From contig OOHL01000002.1 of NCBI GenBank assembly GCA_900321105.1, positions 64,793 to 128,792 of the forward strand: a DNA stretch of 64,000 nt. The letters are read 5' to 3'. The translations under genes were made by a program, and so were the position numbers. The DNA is from an uncultured Pseudomonadota bacterium. GTDB taxonomy: Bacteria; Pseudomonadota; Alphaproteobacteria; Rs-D84. Below are positions 1 through 9,317 of this stretch, one piece after another. Within the stretch, counting starts at the first letter, position 1, and every line of letters starts with the position of its first letter. The notes below the pieces were generated by a model. It did no database searches. It was given only the letters and a program-made list of their open reading frames with translations, and was not told the DNA's origin.

Positions 1-1156
1 TGATGTAAAATTAAATGAAGAATATAGAGATATTTATAAGGATATATTTAAAGACATCAAAAATTATATAGATGACGAAAACATTGCCCCCAGAGTCGTA
101 TCAGAATTGTCTGGTGACAAAATTATTGAAGATAACACCATTGTTAAATATAAAGATGATTTGCCAGAATATCATAATGGATTAGGTTACCAAAATTTGA
201 TCTCTATTTTATTTGATATCCATATATACATCAACCAAGCGACACCAACAAAAAATGTTATTTCTTTATTGTTAATAGAAGAACCAGAAGCTCACACTCA
301 CCCTCAGTTACAATACATTTTTATCAAAAATATAAAAAAATTGCTCGAGAATCATGGCTTACAGGGCTTTATTTCTTCACACTCAGCACATATAGTATCT
401 CAAGCCGATTTTTCAGACTTAAAATACTTCTACATTGATAACAATTCTGTCAAAACGAAAGATCTTAGTCAATTACAACAAGACTTCAAAGACGACATAC
501 AGTCTTTCTTGTTTTTAAAAAAATATTTAACCGTTGGTTATTCTGAACTATTTTTTGCCGATAAAGCTGTCTTCATTGAAGGTGACACTGAAAGGATTCT
601 ATTCCCTGCTTTTCTAAAAAAATTGAGTTTACTCCCTGAAACCAAAGACGCTTTACATACTAACATTAGCGTTATCCCAATAGGCGGAGCTTATGCACAT
701 AAGATGAAACCTTTTATTGATTTTTTTAATATAAAAACTTTGATTATTACTGACATTGATTATGATTCAAACGGAGATTTAGATAAGGAAATAACCAATG
801 AAACAATCAAAAAATTACTAAACAAAAAAATAGCAAAAGACATTATAAAAGACGGATCAGAAGAAATAGAAAAAAACAAACTATATCTTGCTTATCAAAA
901 AGATGAGACTAGATCATTTGAAGATTCTTTTTGGGAAACTAACAAAGATTTTATAAACACAAACAAAGATAATTTTGTTTCGCTCAAGAACACGGGGAAT
1001 TTAGCCGCATATAAAAACAAATATCAATTTTCAAACAATTTCGTAATCAAAAAGTCAAATTTTGCGGGAGATATTTTGTATTTCTCCGATGAAACTTTTT
1101 CAAACTGGGAAATACCAGAATATATACGTAAGGGGTTAACATGGTTGATACAATAG
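1..1156 (+). CDS. gajA: Gabija GajA-like OLD-family ATPase plus Toprim nuclease, 5'-truncated by the window edge. The reading frame is open from position 2.
   Basis: ABC/OLD-type Walker B and D-loop 'LLLIEEPEAHTHPQL'. H-loop-like 'SSHSAHI'. Toprim glutamate motif 'VFIEGDTERILF' followed by DxD 'IITDIDYD'. 16-nt overlap with a downstream UvrD-like helicase gene. Confidence 0.7.
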   Translation, partial: DVKLNEEYRDIYKDIFKDIKNYIDDENIAPRVVSELSGDKIIEDNTIVKYKDDLPEYHNGLGYQNLISILFDIHIYINQATPTKNVISLLLIEEPEAHTHPQLQYIFIKNIKKLLENHGLQGFISSHSAHIVSQADFSDLKYFYIDNNSVKTKDLSQLQQDFKDDIQSFLFLKKYLTVGYSELFFADKAVFIEGDTERILFPAFLKKLSLLPETKDALHTNISVIPIGGAYAHKMKPFIDFFNIKTLIITDIDYDSNGDLDKEITNETIKKLLNKKIAKDIIKDGSEEIEKNKLYLAYQKDETRSFEDSFWETNKDFINTNKDNFVSLKNTGNLAAYKNKYQFSNNFVIKKSNFAGDILYFSDETFSNWEIPEYIRKGLTWLIQ

Positions 1157-2730
1157 TTGATCAGTTATATAGGTGTCTGTCTGACAATAAAAATTTTGTC
1201 TTATCTGGTGGTGCAGGAAGCGGAAAAACTCATACTTTAAAGAATATTATAAATTTAATTTATGAACATAATCCAAATGCACATATTGCTTGTATTACCT
1301 ACACGGAAGTAGCAGCGAAGGAAATAACGGACCGCTGTTTTACTATAGACAGACAAAACAAACTGTGGGTTTCAACAATACATAGTTTTTTATGGGAAAA
1401 CATTAAAAACTATCAAAAACAGTTAAAAAAGGCCATCGCAACATTGATTCAAAATCACACAATATCTTGGACCCCAAAAACGGAAGAAAACAATATAAAC
1501 ATCATAATCGCCGATAAGCGAATAGATTATAAAAATTATAGAGATCTCGATAATGGAATCGTTTGGCATGACGATATATTAAAAATATCAAAGTATTTAT
1601 TTGAGAATTATCCGTTGTTAATAAAAATATTTTGTGATAGATATGATTATATTTTTATTGATGAATATCAAGATACTGCAGAAGATGTTATAAACATCTT
1701 TATGAAAATAATTAAAGCTAATTATCGTACAAAAATAGGTTTTTTTGGTGATTCAATGCAATCGATATATTCGAATGGTGTAGGAAATTTATCTGCGTAC
1801 GTAGATAATGCCAATTTAGTAGAAATACAAAAACCAGATAATTTTCGTTGTTCTAAATCTGTTATAGATCTTTGTAACAAGCTCAGAACAGACGGTTTAA
1901 AACAAGAACCTGCACACAGAGATTCAACAGGCAAAATCGACAATAAAGTCGGTAAAGTTGTGTTTGTATATAGTAACAATCCTATAGAATATTTTGAAAA
2001 TCATAGGTTATATTACGAATTGTTCCAACAATCTGGTCCTGATAAAAGCTTATATTTAACACACAGGCTTATCGCGACAAAAGCCAAATTTAAAGAATTA
2101 TTTGAAGCATATGAAAACTTTTATAACAAAAGAGGAAAAGATCGACTTATTGGTGACTCAAAAGATCGTATGGCTTTACATTTAGAAGAAATATCAAATC
2201 TAATATATTTATATACATATAACAAATATAATGAATTTATACAAAAAACTGATTTTAAACTTCAAAATCACGGTTCCAAAATAACTTTGAAAAATAACAT
2301 AGAACAATTTCTTTCTCAAAATTTTTCTATTGAGGATGCCGTAATCAAAATGGATGAATTACAATTGTTAAAAACGGGTGACATTATCCAGTCTGAAAAA
2401 GAGTTATTCGATTGCATTAAGAATATACCTTTTGAACAAGTCCAAAATTTATACAATGTAGAACATAATTTGACTTCTTATTCAACCCAACATGGTATAA
2501 AAGGTGCAGAATTTAACGATGTTCTAGTTATCTTAGATAACGGTAAATGGAATCAATATAATTTCACTAAATTATTTTCAGACACCCCAGACCAGAAAAC
2601 CTTGAAATTGTTTTATGTATGTGTATCTAGAGCAATGAACAATTTGGTGGTATACATGCAATCACCTTCAGCAGACACATTGACAAAAGCTGCTGAATGG
2701 TTTGGTTCAGACAATGTTATTTCTATATAA
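1141..2730 (+). CDS. gajB: Gabija GajB-like UvrD/PcrA-family helicase
   Basis: Walker A 'SGGAGSGKTHT' and helicase motif II 'FIDEYQDT'. About 529 aa. Translationally coupled to the OLD-family ATPase gene. Confidence 0.7.
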   Translation: MVDTIVDQLYRCLSDNKNFVLSGGAGSGKTHTLKNIINLIYEHNPNAHIACITYTEVAAKEITDRCFTIDRQNKLWVSTIHSFLWENIKNYQKQLKKAIATLIQNHTISWTPKTEENNINIIIADKRIDYKNYRDLDNGIVWHDDILKISKYLFENYPLLIKIFCDRYDYIFIDEYQDTAEDVINIFMKIIKANYRTKIGFFGDSMQSIYSNGVGNLSAYVDNANLVEIQKPDNFRCSKSVIDLCNKLRTDGLKQEPAHRDSTGKIDNKVGKVVFVYSNNPIEYFENHRLYYELFQQSGPDKSLYLTHRLIATKAKFKELFEAYENFYNKRGKDRLIGDSKDRMALHLEEISNLIYLYTYNKYNEFIQKTDFKLQNHGSKITLKNNIEQFLSQNFSIEDAVIKMDELQLLKTGDIIQSEKELFDCIKNIPFEQVQNLYNVEHNLTSYSTQHGIKGAEFNDVLVILDNGKWNQYNFTKLFSDTPDQKTLKLFYVCVSRAMNNLVVYMQSPSADTLTKAAEWFGSDNVISI

Positions 2731-3036
2731 TGTTTGAAATATATCTATCATATTTTTTTACAATTTAACCAAGGTAACAAATTATTGCCATTGTTGATGA
2801 AAGCATAAACGGATTGGGTTTTGTTGGGGGGGCTGATTTCAGGCAGATTTTAGTTTAAATACCGCATATCTTCATTTTGATAAACCGCATAGGAATACGG
2901 AATAATGCAGAGTATTTTTGCTAAAACAGTTCGTGATTTTTACCTGATTTTTTCTCGTCTACACCAAGTCTACACCTTGGCAAAAATTGCCCCAAAATGC
3001 GGATTTCTGGGACAGATAAAAAATGTTTGCAAAATG

Positions 3037-3127
3037 TTCAGAAAGTCCTTGACTTGTGCGGATTTTATGGTTATTATATGTCGCGTTATTCGGGCATAGT
3101 TCAGTCGGTAGAACAACGGACTGTTAA
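3037..3127 (+). pseudogene. Duplicated tRNA-Asn promoter (TTGACT -35) plus tRNA-Asn 5' half (nt 1-38, through the anticodon loop CTGTTAA). This is a truncated tRNA copy and an att-junction remnant.
   Basis: 3037-3067 is identical to 6925-6955. 3085-3127 is identical to 6973-7015, which covers the tRNA-Asn 5' half. Identity stops exactly after CTGTTAA. Confidence 0.7.
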
Positions 3128-3352
3128 AATACCGGAAGTTCTTAGCAAAACCGTTTGAACCCACCACAAAAAACCGCAGATTTCCGCGGATTTTTTTAAC
3201 TCAAAATTTTTCAATTCTGATATCATATATGATATCTATGACCTAGCATATTAGGGCGATAAGTGGCAATAACTAGCACCTAATTTTGATAAAAACACAT
3301 ATTGACATACGGAGTCCATCGGTCATACGAAAAACATATCGTTCGCAAAATA

Positions 3353-4078
3353 TTATTTTCTAAAAGATTGTTTTATTGTTTGTGATATTGCTGCACGACT
3401 TATTTGCTCCCTTGTTTTATCAATCTCATAATATTTAATTGGCTTATTCGTAAGATCTAATATATACACGCCTTTTTCTAATGTATGTGTAGTTTTATTA
3501 TATAATTTAAATATACCTGTAGTTTGACTATTCTTATCTATAAGCAAATATATTTGGGTTTTGCTATAATATGTACTAAGAAAAGTGTCTTTTTTCGTTG
3601 AGATATATAGCCCCAACAACCATGATGTAAGCACTGCAAAAATTGCTGCCAATATAATATTTGTATAACATTCTGCATTTAGACTTTTAATAACAAAGAA
3701 CCTAAAACTAAAACAAAAGAACAATATAATACAAACAAAAAACAAAATATATACCAATTCATTGTTCAACACCAAGCATGGCACTCCAAAAAATATCAAT
3801 ATAATAAAAAATATATGTACAGGTTTTCCAGATTCTATAATATCCAACAACTCAAAAGAAGGTTTTTCTACATACTTCGCTTTTAACCCGAAAAAAAACA
3901 TTACAAAAAAGCCAAACACAACAAGACCTGGGACAAAAAAATCTTCTATGGAAATGTTCATCAACTGTGCAGGAATATCAAAAGTTTTAAAGTAAGATAA
4001 CTTATAAAAATAAACGCTAATATAACAAACAATTGTTAAAATAGGGAACAACCATCCATATTGTAAAAATTTTTTCAT
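3353..4078 (-). CDS. Multi-pass membrane protein of unknown function
   Basis: 241-aa ORF with several hydrophobic helices in the N-terminal two thirds and a hydrophilic C-terminus. It lies within the inserted element A. Confidence 0.4.
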   Translation of the reverse strand: MKKFLQYGWLFPILTIVCYISVYFYKLSYFKTFDIPAQLMNISIEDFFVPGLVVFGFFVMFFFGLKAKYVEKPSFELLDIIESGKPVHIFFIILIFFGVPCLVLNNELVYILFFVCIILFFCFSFRFFVIKSLNAECYTNIILAAIFAVLTSWLLGLYISTKKDTFLSTYYSKTQIYLLIDKNSQTTGIFKLYNKTTHTLEKGVYILDLTNKPIKYYEIDKTREQISRAAISQTIKQSFRK

Positions 4079-4170
4079 ACAAAACTCCCGTTTTAAATCG
4101 ATTTAATAATACGTTTTTCCTATATAAAAGCAAATTTATTTATATTGTATATTGATAAAATATTATTTAC

Positions 4171-4408
4171 TGGTATAATACAATATGAATCCAAGAGATT
4201 GGGTTCGGGGTCTTTACAAACCCGCTTTATCCGGTGCGAAAGCATCGTAATCTGATGTTATCGGTGTCTTTTGCACCGTTATCCGGGGTGCCGTTAGCAA
4301 TAAAACAGGGGTAACCCGAAAGCGCGGGGTCAATGATAAAGCGACTGTAAACACTCCCGACCGCTCTTTCTTGGGGCGGTTTTAATTTATTTCACAAAGA
4401 GGCAACTT
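4171..4408 (+). promoter_or_regulatory. Sigma70-like promoter (TTGATA-16-TGgTATAAT) followed by a ~220-nt GC-rich structured leader with a terminator-like hairpin plus T-run. Candidate riboswitch or attenuator.
   Basis: Extended -10 'TGGTATAAT' at 4171-4179 and -35 'TTGATA' at 4152-4157. The leader contains GAAA tetraloop hairpins ('gtgcgaaagcat', 'cccgaaagcgcggg'), a duplicated 'ttatccgg' box, and hairpin 'ccgaccgc...ggggcggtttta' followed by a T-rich stretch just before the RBS 'aagaggcaactt-ATG'. Confidence 0.4.
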
Positions 4409-5278
4409 ATGAAACACTTTGTCATTTTATTATCTATCTTGTCTTTAACAGCTTGTGGTGGTGGTTCGGGAAGCGGTTCTGGAAACACGGGCAGCACAAC
4501 ATCAAACACATCAGAACAATCAGCATATGAATTATGGTTAGCACAAGGACACACAGGCACAGAACAAGATTTTTTAGATTGGTTGCTTGCTGGTGGCGAC
4601 AATCAAAATAATGGTAACAATAACCAAAACCAATTAACACCCGCAGAAATTTTGTTTGGCGAAGGGAATGGTTTGGGTGCAATACCAACAGGTTTATTAA
4701 CACAAACGGACCTAATAGGTAACGAATATTTTTCTTTTGCATCTTGGGGCGATGTCTATGATATAGACCATTATATATCAGAAAACGCTACCAATATACC
4801 ATTTTTCACAACTGTACATCCAGAAAGTTATTCTTTTATGGGAACAACTATAAATAAATTTGGTTCTAATCTCAATAAACCAGCAGATATTTCTGTGGCA
4901 GATGCCGTATTTACTGGTCCTGCGGTAATGAGAAACCACCTTAGGTATTGGGAAGAAAACGGCAGTAAAGAAATAGACTACAATCCTGATTATGGTTCTG
5001 TGAAAATCACTTTTGGTCACGATATAAATAATAAAGTTGTTGAATTTACTATGCATAACCCAGCAAACAATTTGATTTTAAGCAATAACGAAGCAAATAT
5101 TCGTTTTGACAACAATCGTGAAAATGTTCACGTATCTTATACTCTACAAAACGCACAAGAGCCAGAAGTTCGCCCTGTTACAACCATATTTCCTGCTAAC
5201 ATAGGTGAGACCTTTAAACAAACCACAGGTTATTACTACTATGATAAAATATACGAGGGTTACGGTTCTAAACAATAA
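4409..5278 (+). CDS. Lipoprotein of unknown function
   Basis: Signal peptide with lipobox 'LSLTAC'. A Gly/Ser-rich linker follows, then a 250-aa domain. Confidence 0.5.
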   Translation: MKHFVILLSILSLTACGGGSGSGSGNTGSTTSNTSEQSAYELWLAQGHTGTEQDFLDWLLAGGDNQNNGNNNQNQLTPAEILFGEGNGLGAIPTGLLTQTDLIGNEYFSFASWGDVYDIDHYISENATNIPFFTTVHPESYSFMGTTINKFGSNLNKPADISVADAVFTGPAVMRNHLRYWEENGSKEIDYNPDYGSVKITFGHDINNKVVEFTMHNPANNLILSNNEANIRFDNNRENVHVSYTLQNAQEPEVRPVTTIFPANIGETFKQTTGYYYYDKIYEGYGSKQ

Positions 5279-5334
5279 ATTTTAATAAAAATTGGTGGCA
5301 ATAAATTCCCTGTCACTCATTTTTGTAAAACAAA

Positions 5335-5772
5335 TTACTTGTTTTTTGGGGTTATATCCTTATTCTTCGCCACTGTTTTTGTTATACCGTATTTTGCATC
5401 ACCAAGAGTTTCTAATAGACACAACCCCCTTTCCATGCATTTATTTCGCAATATGTATTTATCTTCGTCTGATTCTTTTAGCATTTCTTTAAAAGATAAA
5501 ATAAATTCCTTAAATACAATACTATCCTTTTTATTTAACAAACAAATAAAATCCGTGTAATTAGTATAAATAAAAGAGGTCATTTGCTTCATTGAATCGG
5601 TGTTCGCATCAAAATCCGCTAATATTGCTCCCAGCTTGTTTGCCAAATCCAATCTACGTAATCTCAACTGTTGATGAATCTGCGAATACATTAGCCATAC
5701 TTGTATACCAGCAAATATTAACATACCAACAGCACATAACCATTGTGCATTTTCTTTCAAAAATACTAACAT
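5335..5772 (-). CDS. Small N-terminally membrane-anchored protein. It overlaps the upstream DUF3800-like gene by 7 nt.
   Basis: 145-aa ORF with N-terminal hydrophobic helix 'WLCAVGMLIFAGIQVWLMY'. Start and stop overlap 5766..6620. Confidence 0.35.
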   Translation of the reverse strand: MLVFLKENAQWLCAVGMLIFAGIQVWLMYSQIHQQLRLRRLDLANKLGAILADFDANTDSMKQMTSFIYTNYTDFICLLNKKDSIVFKEFILSFKEMLKESDEDKYILRNKCMERGLCLLETLGDAKYGITKTVAKNKDITPKNK

Positions 5773-6620
5773 GACTGCTCTCGCTTTAACATATTACTTC
5801 TATCATTACCCCACAACCAGAAATTCATTCCATATTTTGACCCATATGAATGCAACCCATGTTTAGAATTGATTGAGTGATGCGAATTATATTTTTTACA
5901 CCTAGCATTGATTGCTTCAAGCAAAATAAATCTATTATTGTATTTTTGAGCTTTTCTGTTATTTTCAATGTCTGGCTGAACAAAATCAAACGATAAACTT
6001 CCTGTCGTGTTTTTTGACCAATCTGTATAATCATTATAATAATTGTATGAAAAAGCTCCCAAGCCAGCGAAGACATCTGTAATTTGAATGAGTTTGGAAT
6101 TTTTTGAATCTAATTCTCCCTGATAATGTATCATATATTCTGCGGCTAATTGTTCTAAAGTTAATTCATATGGAGTTTTAGAATTAGCCGCAGTATTCAC
6201 TATGTTCGTAATTTCCGCATAATTTTTTCCGATATCTTGATCTGGATAATATAGCCATTTTATGTTTTTCGGATATTTTCGCAACACATTTAACAACAAA
6301 TGATAATGCATGTTTTCTTGGTTTTTATCGTATTGCTGGTTATTCCAGATCAATACATCTATACGCATTTTTTCTTCATTGATTGCAGGGAACAACACTT
6401 TATCACATAACTTTAATAAATCGTCTTTGGTATTTTTATTCAATTTCTGAAATTTATATTCCGTACTATTACCAAGAATATTCTTTATTTGTTGTTCTTG
6501 CGATTTAAAAAATTGCACACTGCCAGACATCGCACAAATGGCACTGTATGGTTTATCAGGGTTTGTTATACATGACTCATCAGTAAAAATAAAATAATCT
6601 TCTTTTATCATACTATACAC
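5766..6620 (-). CDS. DUF3800-like hypothetical protein
   Basis: N-terminal 'YFIFTDESC' resembles the conserved hhhhDES motif at the start of DUF3800-family proteins. 284 aa. The assignment rests on the motif alone and no search was run. Confidence 0.35.
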   Translation of the reverse strand: MYSMIKEDYFIFTDESCITNPDKPYSAICAMSGSVQFFKSQEQQIKNILGNSTEYKFQKLNKNTKDDLLKLCDKVLFPAINEEKMRIDVLIWNNQQYDKNQENMHYHLLLNVLRKYPKNIKWLYYPDQDIGKNYAEITNIVNTAANSKTPYELTLEQLAAEYMIHYQGELDSKNSKLIQITDVFAGLGAFSYNYYNDYTDWSKNTTGSLSFDFVQPDIENNRKAQKYNNRFILLEAINARCKKYNSHHSINSKHGLHSYGSKYGMNFWLWGNDRSNMLKREQSC

Positions 6621-6936
6621 TCGGTTCTGACTGGCGATAGCATACTAAAAAAACAAGATTTTTTCAATACAAATCAAATATGAAATCAATGTTGATTTTA
6701 ATTGTGATTTTGCTAAAAACGACACACAGAATATTCTGTGTGTCGCTGTTAGCACTTTACATATGGTCACGCACAAAAAATACACAATAAACAACAAGTT
6801 ATATTTCAAAGGAATCAGGTGCTAATTTTCACTTTTTGCTTTCGTGTACGTATATGTGAAAAAAACACACAAAATCACACGCAAGCCGCAGAAAACTGCC
6901 CCCCCAAATTTATAGTATAAAATATTCAGAAAGTCC

Positions 6937-6963
6937 TTGACTTGTGCGGATTTTAGGTATAAT
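6937..6963 (+). promoter_or_regulatory. tRNA-Asn promoter (TTGACT -35, TATAAT -10)
   Basis: TTGACT at 6937-6942 and TATAAT at 6958-6963, about 15 nt upstream of the tRNA 5' end. Confidence 0.5.
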
Positions 6964-6977
6964 ATAGGCTCTGTTAT

Positions 6978-7053
6978 TCGGGCATAGTTCAGTCGGTAGA
7001 ACAACGGACTGTTAATCCGTATGTCACTGGTTCGAGTCCAGTTGCCCGAGCCA
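6978..7053 (+). tRNA. tRNA-Asn (anticodon GUU)
   Basis: The sequence folds as a cloverleaf. Acceptor TCGGGCA/TGCCCGA, D-arm GTTC..GAAC, anticodon stem ACGGA/TCCGT with loop CTGTTAA, T-loop TTCGAGT, discriminator G, and an encoded CCA. Confidence 0.9.
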
Positions 7054-7340
7054 AGGAATTCCGCCGTAAACCCCGCAGGTTTGCGGCATTTTTCTTTACT
7101 TAACACTTCTATGTTTCACACACCACGGTACATCAAAAATCATCATGAAACAACCTTCTGGCTACACAATAGCTACACAGAATCCGCACTATTAAGATCA
7201 ATCTTGATATCTATTTTGATATCTATATGATATCATACCACAAAGCCGCAACACACCGGAAATCTAACATTTTTTGCACTTTTTACTGGACAAGTGGAAA
7301 AATTTACGGCTTACTACGACGACATTAAAAAGGATCGTCT

Positions 7341-7850
7341 ATGAAATACAAACATTTTGATGATATTGCGCCTAACCATCGCACAGATTTTGTGATGCTG
7401 TATTTTGCCGCATGTCGTTCTTTGCGCGAATTGGAATCGGCCGTACGCCGCACGCAAGATGGTGCATTAACCAATCGCCAGGCGTGGTTACTCCGCCGGT
7501 TGATGTACAAATGTGTCCAAATGGCCGCCCGGCATAAATCCGACCAGCGCAAATTCGAAATTGCAACAATATCTGGTAACAGATCCGGTGCCAAGGCTCT
7601 TTTGGTCACGTTACCCAGCGCAATAACCGATGCGGATATCGGTCAAATGTTGGCCACGGCCATCCAAAATGATGCTAAGCATATCTTCTTCATAACCCCT
7701 ATTCGGCCTAGTATAGCCCAACAACGATCGATACAATGGATGAATGATCATTACAGACATCAAAGTCATTGTCCTGATCCCATCGCAAAAAATAGCCAAT
7801 TAAACCGATTATTCGCTTTCGCCCAGCATGCGGTTTTTGCGTTCGGTTAA
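7341..7850 (+). CDS. Hypothetical protein that is visibly GC-rich relative to its surroundings. It sits at the attL edge of the island.
   Basis: 169-aa ORF. Its codons are rich in G/C (e.g. 'gccgtacgccgcacgcaagatggtgc', 'ggccgcccggcataaatccgaccagcgc'), unlike the flanking AT-rich DNA. It converges on the GIY-YIG gene with a 42-nt 3' overlap. Confidence 0.35.
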   Translation: MKYKHFDDIAPNHRTDFVMLYFAACRSLRELESAVRRTQDGALTNRQAWLLRRLMYKCVQMAARHKSDQRKFEIATISGNRSGAKALLVTLPSAITDADIGQMLATAIQNDAKHIFFITPIRPSIAQQRSIQWMNDHYRHQSHCPDPIAKNSQLNRLFAFAQHAVFAFG

Positions 7851-8474
7851 AATTTCGCCTTTGTATTTAAAGAAATCCGGTCCACGGTATTGTTTCCAAT
7901 TGGTGGCAAAATGTTCTTTCATGATCTTTCTGGCCAATTCAGATAATGAATAATCCGTACCGTTGAATGATACTTTCTTTTTATGCGTGGAATCGTTCAC
8001 TGTGCATTTCAAAACCGTGCCATTTTTTAATGTACGCGCAAATTCTAATGTCGCCCCCGGCTTGATACCAACCGCAGCAAAATCGTATTGTTTTTTGCCT
8101 TTTTTATCTGATGCTATTTGGATATCTTCATCTTTCACCACACCATCTTCACCAAACATGGTATTGTCTGTTTTTATCTCTTCGCCTTTGAATCCCTTGG
8201 CCAGTACTTCCAATAAAGCCACCGCATCTTCCGGGGCAACTCTGAAAAATTCTCTGTTTGATCTTACGCGGCTACCAGCAAAGATTCTGTGTGCATAAGC
8301 TTCATTTTCTTCATAATTATCAACCCTGACGGCGAAATGGCATCTGAACGGCAAAGGAACACCTGTTTTATCAAGTTGCTTCATGCGTTGTTCAACCGTC
8401 TTATCTGTGCGTCCGATTTTGATGTAACCAGGCATCGCATCATTGGTTAAAATATATATAATCCCACGCGCCAT
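7809..8474 (-). CDS. GIY-YIG (T5orf172-like) nuclease-domain protein with a DUF4357-like C-terminal region
   Basis: N-terminal 'GIIYILTN...GYIKIGRT' matches the GIY-YIG/T5orf172 pattern. RBS 'aggag' upstream. 221 aa. Confidence 0.5.
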   Translation of the reverse strand: MARGIIYILTNDAMPGYIKIGRTDKTVEQRMKQLDKTGVPLPFRCHFAVRVDNYEENEAYAHRIFAGSRVRSNREFFRVAPEDAVALLEVLAKGFKGEEIKTDNTMFGEDGVVKDEDIQIASDKKGKKQYDFAAVGIKPGATLEFARTLKNGTVLKCTVNDSTHKKKVSFNGTDYSLSELARKIMKEHFATNWKQYRGPDFFKYKGEILTERKNRMLGESE

Positions 8475-8576
8475 AATAAAAACTCCTATGTTGTCATGAG
8501 AATTATAGCATAAATTTAACCCGAATACAATTTTTAGTAAAATATACCGTATTCATGTTTTTATTGTGCGTTGCAC

Positions 8577-9317
8577 CTATTCATTTCTTGTGATCAGATC
8601 ATAAGCCAAACTGGCTAAGGCCAAATAATGAATAGCAATATTTCTATCCAAAGATTTTGCCAAATCATGAGCTTTTTCGTTTCTAAATTTTTGAATCGCC
8701 ATGTTCAGAAATTTTATTCCCTCAAAAAAATCTTTCTCTACCTCATTAACCGGTTCATGCCCAAATATGCGCATATAGTTTTCTTCGCTAAAGGCCCTAT
8801 GTGCCTGCTCTTCATTTGTTAAATCTTTTAATTTTCGCCTAACTATTTTATAAGCCTCTTCAACAGCATGGAAATAATCTTCTGTCACCAAATATCTTTC
8901 AACATGTTCAAATATAGCAGGATGCAATACAAAATCTATATTTGACGTAATATTTGGTTTTACTATCTCCACTGCTGTTCTTCCAACATCGGGCATATTC
9001 AATAATTTGTTACCTATTTTCTCAATTTGCTCACTAAATTTGATTGTTAACGATTGTCTTAATTCCGCATTTCTAAAAAATGCGGCAAGCTCCAAAATAA
9101 CACGCCCAACGGTTTTGTTATTATCTATATCCCAAAATGCACGCATCCGTTTGGCTTTTGACTCACCGTATTTTTTATATTTTTCATCGTTAATATCTAT
9201 TCCGAAAGCAGCGAATAATTCGCTAAATGTCTTATCTGTAAAATGTAAGACCCACCCTGTATCCATTCTAAGGGCATTTTCTAGATATTCTCTATCCGCT
9301 GGTGACAAATTACTCAT
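8577..9317 (-). CDS. Predicted HEPN-motif protein (Rx4H 'RNEKAH'). Candidate RNase effector, Abi-like.
   Basis: 246 aa. C-terminal 'KFRNEKAHDLAK' fits the HEPN Rx4-6H motif. Its start overlaps the stop of the upstream coiled-coil/2-TM gene (ATGA coupling). Confidence 0.4.
   Translation of the reverse strand: MSNLSPADREYLENALRMDTGWVLHFTDKTFSELFAAFGIDINDEKYKKYGESKAKRMRAFWDIDNNKTVGRVILELAAFFRNAELRQSLTIKFSEQIEKIGNKLLNMPDVGRTAVEIVKPNITSNIDFVLHPAIFEHVERYLVTEDYFHAVEEAYKIVRRKLKDLTNEEQAHRAFSEENYMRIFGHEPVNEVEKDFFEGIKFLNMAIQKFRNEKAHDLAKSLDRNIAIHYLALASLAYDLITRNE

Noticed and set aside
1722-1979. Antisense ORFs inside gajB, hsdR (for example 12149..12595), hsdM (16337..16732), recG (36243..36762), and ligA, bamA and others
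   Set aside because: Each is fully embedded opposite a strongly supported conserved gene and has no motifs. They are typical shadow ORFs.
2970-3167. 65-aa minus-strand ORF, together with its twin at 6822..7106
   Set aside because: Both are antisense translations across the tRNA-Asn gene and its duplicated fragment. They share peptide 'NSPLFYRLNYARIT' only because the DNA is duplicated. They are not genes.
4190-4400. Attempted assignment of the GC-rich leader to TPP, cobalamin, ykkC/guanidine, SRP RNA or RNase P RNA
   Set aside because: Isolated submotifs (GGGGTGCC, GGGTTCGG) are present. The ordered conserved boxes of these families are not.
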